A stretch of DNA of 64,000 nucleotides, taken from contig OY843592.1 of the NCBI GenBank assembly GCA_963692865.2, positions 1,056,001 through 1,120,000 on the forward strand. Reading direction: 5' to 3'. The DNA comes from a bacterium (GTDB taxonomy: Bacteria; UBA8248). Below the pieces are notes generated by a model that was not told the DNA's origin, searched no databases, and was given only the letters and a program-made list of their open reading frames with translations. Below, piece by piece: positions 57,614-64,000 of the stretch (the first letter of the stretch is position 1; each line of letters starts with the position of its first letter). The position numbers were made by a program, and so were the translations under genes.

Positions 57614-58584
57614 TGGAATCCCGGAACCCGCTTCTCCTCATTGAGGATCTCTCGCTCGAGTTCCGCACCCGCACCGGCGTCGTCAAGGCGCTCGAGAACG
57701 TGAGCTTCGAGATTGAGAAGGGGCAGACGGTCGGCGTCGTCGGCGAGAGCGGCTCGGGAAAGTCCGTCATGTCCTACGCCGTCATGGGAATCTCCGATCC
57801 GGCGGCGAGAATCACCTCGGGGCGGATTGTCTTCGGAGGCATCTCCCTGCTGGAGAAGTCCGGGCAAGAGCTGCAGGAAATGCGCGGGCGTGAGCTCTCC
57901 ATGATATTCCAAAGCCCGAGAACGGCGCTCAACCCCATCCGGACCATCGGCAGCCAACTCGAGGACGTCATCTACCGGCACAGCAGCTTCCGCGGCCGGC
58001 AGATTCGCCAGCGCGCGCTCGAACTGCTCCACCAGGTTCACATCCCCGACCCGGAGAAGCGCTATCGCGCCTATCCATACGAACTCTCGGGCGGAATGTG
58101 CCAGCGCGTGATGATTGCGATCGCCATCTCTTCCGACCCCTGGCTCCTGATAGCGGACGAACCCGTAACGGGTCTGGATGTAACGACCCAGGCGGCGATC
58201 ATGGACCTCGTCAGGGACGCGGCGCGTGAGAGAAACATGGGAACGATTCTCATCACCCATGACCTCGGCCTCGCCGCGGAATACTGTGACAAAATAATCG
58301 TCATGCACTCGGGGCACGTTGTCGAAGTGGCGGATACCGAACGCTTGTTCATGCGTCCGCGGCATCCCTACACGGCGAAACTCATCGGAGCCACTCCGAA
58401 TGCCGGTAGAGACCTCGCGGAACTCACCTCGATTCCCGGCAATCTGCCGGATCTGCGTACAGAGTTACCGGCTTGCCGCTATAGCGAGCGGTGCGAGCGC
58501 CTCAAAGAGGATTGCCTTGAGTCCCCGCTTCCACGCTTGGAGGCGGGAACCGGCCATCTTGTCGCCTGCCGGTATCCGCTCTGA
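57613..58584 (+). CDS. Peptide-type ABC transporter ATPase (DppD-like)
   Basis: GESGSGKS, LSGGMCQRV, LIADEP, HPYT and C-terminal Cys residues; ATG at 57613. Confidence 0.93.
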   Translation: MESRNPLLLIEDLSLEFRTRTGVVKALENVSFEIEKGQTVGVVGESGSGKSVMSYAVMGISDPAARITSGRIVFGGISLLEKSGQELQEMRGRELSMIFQSPRTALNPIRTIGSQLEDVIYRHSSFRGRQIRQRALELLHQVHIPDPEKRYRAYPYELSGGMCQRVMIAIAISSDPWLLIADEPVTGLDVTTQAAIMDLVRDAARERNMGTILITHDLGLAAEYCDKIIVMHSGHVVEVADTERLFMRPRHPYTAKLIGATPNAGRDLAELTSIPGNLPDLRTELPACRYSERCERLKEDCLESPLPRLEAGTGHLVACRYPL

Positions 58585-59636
58585 TGGCCTTGCTCCAAAT
58601 CATAGACCTTACGAAGAAGTTCCCGATCCGCAAGAGTGGAGCGATGGAAAAGGTTTGGAATTCTCTTAAGGGCATGCAGGAGGAAGGACGAAGCGAGGCA
58701 GGCCATCTCCACGCCGTGGACGGCGTGAGCTTTTCGCTCGAAGCGGGGGAAAGCGTCGGCCTCGTCGGCGAGTCGGGGTGCGGGAAGTCCACGCTGGCCC
58801 GTTTGATCGCCCGTCTGCAGGACCCCACATCGGGCGTTATCGCCTTTGAGGGCAGAAACATCGGAGAGGTTCGGGCAAGCCGTTTCATCCAGGGTGAGAA
58901 GCGCCGGAAAATCCAGATGGTGTTCCAGGACCCCACGGAGAGCCTGAATCCCGGATTCACGGCTTTTCGAGCGGTCGCCGACCCGCTTCTGCGCCTGGGC
59001 GGGATGAGAAGCGGCCCCGAACTGGCGAAGCGCGTGGCGGAACTCTTCGATCTGGTGGGTCTCGCGCCGGAATTCCTGGCCCGTTATCCGCATCAACTCT
59101 CGGGAGGTCAGAAGGCGAGGGTCGGGATCGCGCGCGCAATAGCGCTTGAACCCTCACTCCTGATTCTCGACGAGCCGACCTCCGCCCTGGACGTTTCGGT
59201 TCAGGCGGTCATCCTGCATGTTCTCGAAGATCTCAAGAACCGTCTCGGGATGAGTTACCTGTTCGTCTCCCACGATCTGAACGTCATCCGGCTGCTGTGC
59301 CAAAAGGTTCTGGTGATGTATCTCGGCAGGATCGTGGAGGCCGGGCCCACCCGGGAAATTCTGCGCCACCCGCGCCATCCCTACACACGGGCGCTGCTAT
59401 CCGCCATACCCGCCATCGACACGACCGAGCGCACCGAACGGGTGCGATTGACCGGCGATCCGATGAGTCCCATCGATCCTTCTCCACATGTTTGCCGCTT
59501 TTACAGCCGCTGTCCTCATAGAGAGGATAGGTGTCAGGAAGAAATGCCCATGTTGGAGTCCTATCCCGGCGGAATCGAGGTCGCCTGCTTCCACGCTTCA
59601 TCAGTCGGCAATTATTCCCTCACCGGGCGAGATTGA
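58584..59636 (+). CDS. Peptide-type ABC transporter ATPase (DppF-like)
   Basis: GESGCGKST, YPHQLSGGQ, LDEPTSALD and HPYT motifs. Confidence 0.93.
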   Translation: MALLQIIDLTKKFPIRKSGAMEKVWNSLKGMQEEGRSEAGHLHAVDGVSFSLEAGESVGLVGESGCGKSTLARLIARLQDPTSGVIAFEGRNIGEVRASRFIQGEKRRKIQMVFQDPTESLNPGFTAFRAVADPLLRLGGMRSGPELAKRVAELFDLVGLAPEFLARYPHQLSGGQKARVGIARAIALEPSLLILDEPTSALDVSVQAVILHVLEDLKNRLGMSYLFVSHDLNVIRLLCQKVLVMYLGRIVEAGPTREILRHPRHPYTRALLSAIPAIDTTERTERVRLTGDPMSPIDPSPHVCRFYSRCPHREDRCQEEMPMLESYPGGIEVACFHASSVGNYSLTGRD

Positions 59637-59953
59637 CTCCATCACCCCGCTCTGAAGAATCCTCCCGGTTCAGGCGCCGAACCCTCTTCTTTCTCTCGTC
59701 GATTTCTCACTTTTTCATGAGAAAATTCGCATCATGAGTAAGGCGCATTTGCGAACAGGGTGAAATTTTTGGATTCGTTTCAGTGTACGTATCTGTGGCG
59801 ACGACCTCGCGGTTATGCTCCCAGGCGGCTTCGAGGAGGAGTTCCGGGCTGCGAGACGCGGGCGAAGCGGGGAGGTTCTTCGGATGAAACGAAGGGGGGA
59901 TCGCCTGCTCGCCCGGAAATGATAAAAAACCCGTTTAATGCAAATAATGATTC

Positions 59954-60002
59954 CTGAAAATATGTATAAAATTGGATAAATTCACGGGGTTTTTCGATAA
60001 AT
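59954..60002. repeat. 49-bp AT-rich repeat, left copy (inverted relative to 63832..63880)
   Basis: CTGAAAATATGTATAAAATTGGATAAATTCACGGGGTTTTTCGATAAAT; its reverse complement matches 63832..63880 at 47 of 49 positions. Confidence 0.9.
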
Positions 60003-60350
60003 AACTGAAAATTAAATTCTTTGGAAAGGACGCCGCCGGGTCGCGGCGCAGGGGAATTCTGCCATGGCCCGCGCCTCCCGCGATGACGGCAAATGCGCGG
60101 AATTGCGGGGAATTGCCGAGGCTTTTGCGTTGCTGCCATTATTTCCGGCTCCGGGGGGCTCATCCGGGCGCCTGATTGACATTTTGTCAGACCCGGGCCG
60201 CCCGTTCCCGAAAAATAGTCAATGCGCGAAGCCTCGCGAAGGAGACCGAAAGGCGTTTTCCGGGGATTTTCGCGCCGGGGATGCCTCATATCTAATTGAA
60301 TTAATTATTGTTATTCGTATGGATCATTTTCCGGCGGAGAAATGGGGGAT

Positions 60351-60367
60351 TTGGCACGATTCGTGCT
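60351..60367 (+). promoter_or_regulatory. sigma54 (-24/-12) promoter
   Basis: TTGGCACGATTCGTGCT against consensus YTGGCACG-N4-TTGCW; AT-rich tract at about 60290-60320 and palindrome TGACA-TTT-TGTCA at 60177-60189 upstream. Confidence 0.65.
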
Positions 60368-60377
60368 TATATCAAGG

Positions 60378-60555
60378 GCGTGTGCTTTTGCCCCCGATGG
60401 GCGACTCGAACAGAGGAGCCTTTTCTCCCCGGTGGTCAGTTGAAGGGTCCCCCGATGCTGATTCACTGACATCTCGCCGAACGATTCGCCTTGATTGGCG
60501 GATTCCTTCCATGATGGGGCATGTCCTTCGGGGCGTGCCCCAAGTCTTTATTTTA
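60378..60555 (+). ncRNA. Candidate sigma54-dependent small RNA
   Basis: It lies between a -24/-12 promoter and a strong hairpin with a T-rich tail, and contains no credible ORF. The boundaries are inferred. Confidence 0.45.
60515..60555 (+). terminator. Terminator-like hairpin with a C(UUCG)G tetraloop
   Basis: TGGGGCATGTCC-TTCG-GGGCGTGCCCCA followed by AGTCTTTATTTT. Confidence 0.65.
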
Positions 60556-61132
60556 CAAGGAGTTGATCGAGCAGGGCGGGCGCTTCCCGGAGGGTGCGAA
60601 GCGTCAGATCGCTGGGAATCGAGGAGCATTCCGCCAGGTGGACGGAGAGCATTCCGGCGGCTTCGGCGGCCAACATGTCGTACTTGCCGTCCCCGATGAC
60701 GACGCATCTTCCGGGCGGTACGCCGATGGCCTCGGCGCCCGCGAACATCGGCCTCGGGTCCGGCTTCCAGCAGCCGATGTCCCGGGTGATCAGGACTTCG
60801 AGCGAGACGTCGATTTTTTCCGCCATTTTCAGAACGTGCCGCTCGGCGTTGTTCGTCACGACGCCGAAGGGGATTTTGCCGGCTCTGAGGTATGCGAGAA
60901 GCGCGTGCGCGCCGTCGTTGGCTTCGGCGGTGTCGGCGGCTTTAAGCTCATGTTTTTCAAGGACGTCCGATACCTCGCGCGCGCGCTCGGGAGGGAGCGT
61001 AACGAGGAGGTCCAGAATGGATACGTCCGCATCGCCCAAGCCCATCTCCTCTTTCATCGCGGGCCAGTCGAAGGCGGGTTTCGTGAGCGTGCCGTCAAAA
61101 TCGAGCAGCACGCCCTCCACGGTTCGCCTCAT
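60548..61132 (-). CDS. HAD-superfamily hydrolase (phosphatase)
   Basis: LDFDGTL, VVTNN, KPDP and IGD...D motifs. Confidence 0.92.
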   Translation of the reverse strand: MRRTVEGVLLDFDGTLTKPAFDWPAMKEEMGLGDADVSILDLLVTLPPERAREVSDVLEKHELKAADTAEANDGAHALLAYLRAGKIPFGVVTNNAERHVLKMAEKIDVSLEVLITRDIGCWKPDPRPMFAGAEAIGVPPGRCVVIGDGKYDMLAAEAAGMLSVHLAECSSIPSDLTLRTLREAPALLDQLLVK

Positions 61133-61142
61133 CCCGGCTTCC

Positions 61143-62156
61143 TCACAACACCCTTGAAACTTCATCGGAATCAAAGCGCCTGAGCGGAGAGGTTTCGCCG
61201 CCGCGCCGCATCATCACTCCCAATTCAGGCGCGCATAACTTGCCGATGCGAACGCCCATTGCACCCGTTGCAATGAGCGCTTCCCGAACGGTTTCCTCTC
61301 CTTCGGCTGGAACCGCCACCAAAAGCGCGCCCGACGTGATGACGCCCAGAGGGTCCAGACCCAAGGCTTCGCAAATCCTCCCTCCTTCCAGGGAGATGGG
61401 AATGCTGGCTTCTTCCACGATTGCCCCCAAACCCGCCGCTTCGGCCATTTCATGGACGCCCGTGGCGAGGCCGCCCTCGGTCGGGTCGTGCATGGCGCGC
61501 ACGCAGCCCGTTGCGGCCGCCGCCAGGGCTTGCGCCACCACGCTGATGCCGGGAGATTCGAGATACTTTTTCGCATTCTCGAGTATCTCGACATCCATGA
61601 CGTTTTTGAGAGAATCGTATTTCGCATCCGCAAGAATAGCCGTTCCCTCGACGGGTATGGGGCGCGTAAGCAAAATAAAATCATTCACTTGCGCGCCCGC
61701 GCCGCGTATCAGATTCTCCTTCGACACTTCTCCCAGCATGTGGCCCGAGAGGATCGGAAAATCCAGGCCCGCCGTAATCTCCGTATGTCCGCCGCACAAG
61801 GTGACGCCCAAATCGGCGCAGGCATCTTCCACCTCTTTCCAGATACGGCTTGCCATCGCCTCATCGGCGCGTCCTTCCGGCAGAAGCAGGGTCATCAGGA
61901 ACCACAGCGGGGCAGCGCCCATACAGGCGACGTCGTTCGCGTTCACGTGTACGGCGTAGCGTCCGATATGATGCTCCACGAACGTGACGGGGTCCGATTT
62001 CGCGACGAGGTAACGATCTCCCATGTCGATGACGGCCGCGTCTTCCCCCACCTGCGGACCCACGACGAGGCGCGGGTGAGAAGCCGCGTTCTTGAGCAGA
62101 GCGCCCAGCACGTCCGGCGGAAGCTTGCCCACGGGAAATGGAGACCTGTTGACCAT
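61143..62156 (-). CDS. AIR synthase-related (PurM/HypE-fold) protein
   Basis: GKLP, GEDAAV, SDPVT, NANDVA, GGHTE and MHDPTEGGL motifs; probable ATG at 62156. Confidence 0.88.
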   Translation of the reverse strand: MVNRSPFPVGKLPPDVLGALLKNAASHPRLVVGPQVGEDAAVIDMGDRYLVAKSDPVTFVEHHIGRYAVHVNANDVACMGAAPLWFLMTLLLPEGRADEAMASRIWKEVEDACADLGVTLCGGHTEITAGLDFPILSGHMLGEVSKENLIRGAGAQVNDFILLTRPIPVEGTAILADAKYDSLKNVMDVEILENAKKYLESPGISVVAQALAAAATGCVRAMHDPTEGGLATGVHEMAEAAGLGAIVEEASIPISLEGGRICEALGLDPLGVITSGALLVAVPAEGEETVREALIATGAMGVRIGKLCAPELGVMMRRGGETSPLRRFDSDEVSRVL

Positions 62157-62349
62157 ACTCTTACCCTGGGGAGGAGGCTCCATCACGTCAAGCCGGATAC
62201 CCGGAGCGCAAGGCGTTTTCATGTTGACGCCCGGGTTGGGGCGTTCTAGAATCCCGTCTTCCCGGTAAAGGCATGGAAACGCTCGCCTTTCCGGGAACAT
62301 GAGCCGATACGGAACAACCCCTGGTTGCCTGTCGATTGCTCCACATACT

Positions 62350-62425
<76 letters not shown>

Positions 62426-62443
62426 GAAATCCTCTCGTTCGCG

Positions 62444-63007
62444 TCAATCTGAATCCGTGACTCCCTCCAGTTCGATGCCTTTTCCGTTCAGTTCGACGGT
62501 GCTCGTGAGCGGAACCGCCGCCTGTACCATCTGCTCGGCGTAACAGCCCTGTTTCGCCAACCGGATGATGTTCAGGATTTTCTCTTCCGAATCGCTCGAT
62601 TCCACCTTGAAATGCGTCCGCACCCTCCGGCACCCCGAGTTCACGTCGCCCCTGAGGACGGAACCTTTCAGGAAGTAATCGAATTCCACGCGGCAGGCGG
62701 CCTTCTCGAAGGTCGTTTTCGTCATCTGGGCGTACCGCCCGAGCTGGGTCAGGAGTCAGAAGCCGACCCCCATGGCGATGTACGTGAGAGGCTGCGGGTA
62801 CCTGTCTTCCCCTCCGATGCGGGGAGGCTCGTCGCTGAACACCTCGAAATGCCGGAATCGCCCGATCTTGAGCTGGCCGTCGTCCATCGTTTCCGTCTCT
62901 GCGAGCATGGTGATCTCGTAACCGTCTTTCGGAAGTTCGGGCTTGTCGATCGGCCGCTCGCCGGGCGCGGTGCTCTCATGCCAGGGATAATTGATGCTCT
63001 CCACCAT
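62444..63007 (-). CDS. OsmC/Ohr-family selenoprotein (187 aa, Sec at residue 84) by UGA readthrough
   Basis: ORFs 62756..63007 and 62444..62725 are in frame and join as SDEP..IGGED..PQPLTYIAMGVGF-TGA-LLTQLGRYA; the second Cys is in AKQGCYAE. Confidence 0.85.
62726..62755 (-). promoter_or_regulatory. Candidate bacterial SECIS element
   Basis: Hairpin CU(C)GGGCG-GUA-CGCCC-AG; its G-starting loop begins after a 20-nt spacer from the UGA. Confidence 0.65.
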
Positions 63008-63074
63008 GTTCGTCAGTCCTCCAGGGTTTGGGTGCGAATGATTTTATTCCCATAAGTGATTGTTTATATGGATA

Positions 63075-63746
63075 TTATTCCCATTTCAACACAAGCAAAT
63101 AGCCTTCTTGCGGAATCCGGACGAGCGGTTCCAGACGCTCCTCTTTCTTGTGCATCTGGATGGTTTTGAGGTGCGCGTACGCCTCCCAGAGCATGTGGCG
63201 GAACGTGTATTCGAGGTTGAAATGGAACAGCTCCGTATCCTCGGGGTCGATCCACACGCCGGTGCGGTGGGCCTTGAGGGTCACGTTCTCGCGCCACCTG
63301 CGCACGTCCTCGCCGGTTCCGGGCCGCATCATGCCGCGCGGCGCGCGCTCCGTGATATGCCTTCCGTCCCGGATGGACTCGGTCGTCTCCGCTCCCAGCG
63401 CCTCCCAGGCGAGGGCGAACGAATCCCGCATGGCGCCGATAAGGTCTTGAATTTGCGGGTAATACGCCTCTTTCATCATCCGCCCGTCGAAGCGTTCGAG
63501 CAACGCCTCATCGCGCGGGAGCGCGTCGCCGAAGAGGATGGCCCCCCAGCGAACGAGCAGCCACCGGTAGGGCAGGGACGCCACGTGGCTCACCTGGTCG
63601 CGGATCGACCACAGGCCCCAGCTCTTCTCCTCCCTCGTTCTGCGCAGCGCCTCCTCGGAGAGGCCGTCGGTCTCTATCCCATATAAATCAGCGACTTGCG
63701 GGATTTCCGGGAAAAGCGCGCGCGCCGCGTTTCCTCGCATTTGCAC
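63075..63746 (-). CDS. DinB/YfiT-superfamily protein
   Basis: WSIRDQVSHVA and C-terminal RHMLWEAYAHL..I motifs; GTG at 63746 or ATG at 63740 after GGAGGAG. Confidence 0.7.
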   Translation of the reverse strand: MQMRGNAARALFPEIPQVADLYGIETDGLSEEALRRTREEKSWGLWSIRDQVSHVASLPYRWLLVRWGAILFGDALPRDEALLERFDGRMMKEAYYPQIQDLIGAMRDSFALAWEALGAETTESIRDGRHITERAPRGMMRPGTGEDVRRWRENVTLKAHRTGVWIDPEDTELFHFNLEYTFRHMLWEAYAHLKTIQMHKKEERLEPLVRIPQEGYLLVLKWE

Positions 63747-63831
63747 GTTCCGGGCTCCTCCGCTCCGGTGTATATTTCGCCTCGTTCCCGGCCTGAACCG
63801 GGCCTTCAAAACCTTCAGAAAAACATTGTGA

Positions 63832-63880
63832 ATTTATCGAAAAACCCCGTCAATTTATACAATTTTATACATATTTTCAG
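63832..63880. repeat. 49-bp AT-rich repeat, right copy
   Basis: ATTTATCGAAAAACCCCGTCAATTTATACAATTTTATACATATTTTCAG; inverted match to 59954..60002. Confidence 0.9.
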
Positions 63881-63978
63881 AAATTCGATATCCGGTTCGA
63901 TTTCCTTGAGCAGCGCCACCATACCCGACTCCGGACTCCGCCGCCACGGGCAAATGCGGAATCAATCCCGACCGAGGA

Positions 63979-63997
63979 GGGGTTGTTGAAAAAGTCC
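63979..63997. repeat. Another copy of the GGGGTTGTTGAAAAAGTCC repeat end
   Basis: Same motif as at 24975, 25021 and about 28506. Confidence 0.75.
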
Positions 63998-64000
63998 TGA

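Noticed and set aside
59954-60002. The 49-bp repeat as a dif (XerCD) site
   Set aside because: It has only a superficial resemblance to the XerD arm and lacks the 11-6-11 dif structure.
59760-60707. Short ORFs in the intergenic region after the ABC transporter
   Set aside because: They have no convincing RBS or motif and atypical composition; the region is better explained as regulatory or non-coding.
61143-62156. AIR synthase-fold gene as selenophosphate synthetase SelD, given the nearby selenoprotein
   Set aside because: It lacks the N-terminal Cys/Sec-x-x-Lys loop and the DFF motif of SelD; its motifs fit the generic HypE/AIRS-related family.

Overview
This is a GC-rich bacterial chromosomal window. 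It opens with housekeeping genes (rluB truncated at the left edge, scpAB, a ketopantoate reductase-like gene, an EVE-domain gene) interleaved with catabolic genes: an enolase-superfamily enzyme, amidohydrolases, a KamA-like radical SAM enzyme, a CoA-transferase-fold pair, a PfkB kinase and a split nitrile hydratase/thiocyanate hydrolase-like pair. Next come an AT-richer ImmA/IrrE + DUF4411 (PIN-like) islet, a PLP-dependent histidine decarboxylase cassette embedded in clusters of palindromic repeats, and two back-to-back complex I operons. The first is a full nuoA-N; the second lacks nuoE, F, G and also nuoI. The window ends with a peptide-type ABC transporter, tRNA-Phe and a few small genes. 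Four signals are missed by the ORF track: (1) two genes split only by an in-frame TGA at a catalytic Cys position, each followed by a SECIS-like hairpin (a PrdB/GrdB-like UxxC selenoprotein and an OsmC-like selenoprotein); (2) a candidate sigma54-dependent small RNA of about 170 nt; (3) a 49-bp AT-rich inverted repeat pair bracketing about 3.9 kb around tRNA-Phe; (4) a 36-bp direct repeat flanking the decarboxylase cassette. All calls come from reading motifs by eye; no searches were run.
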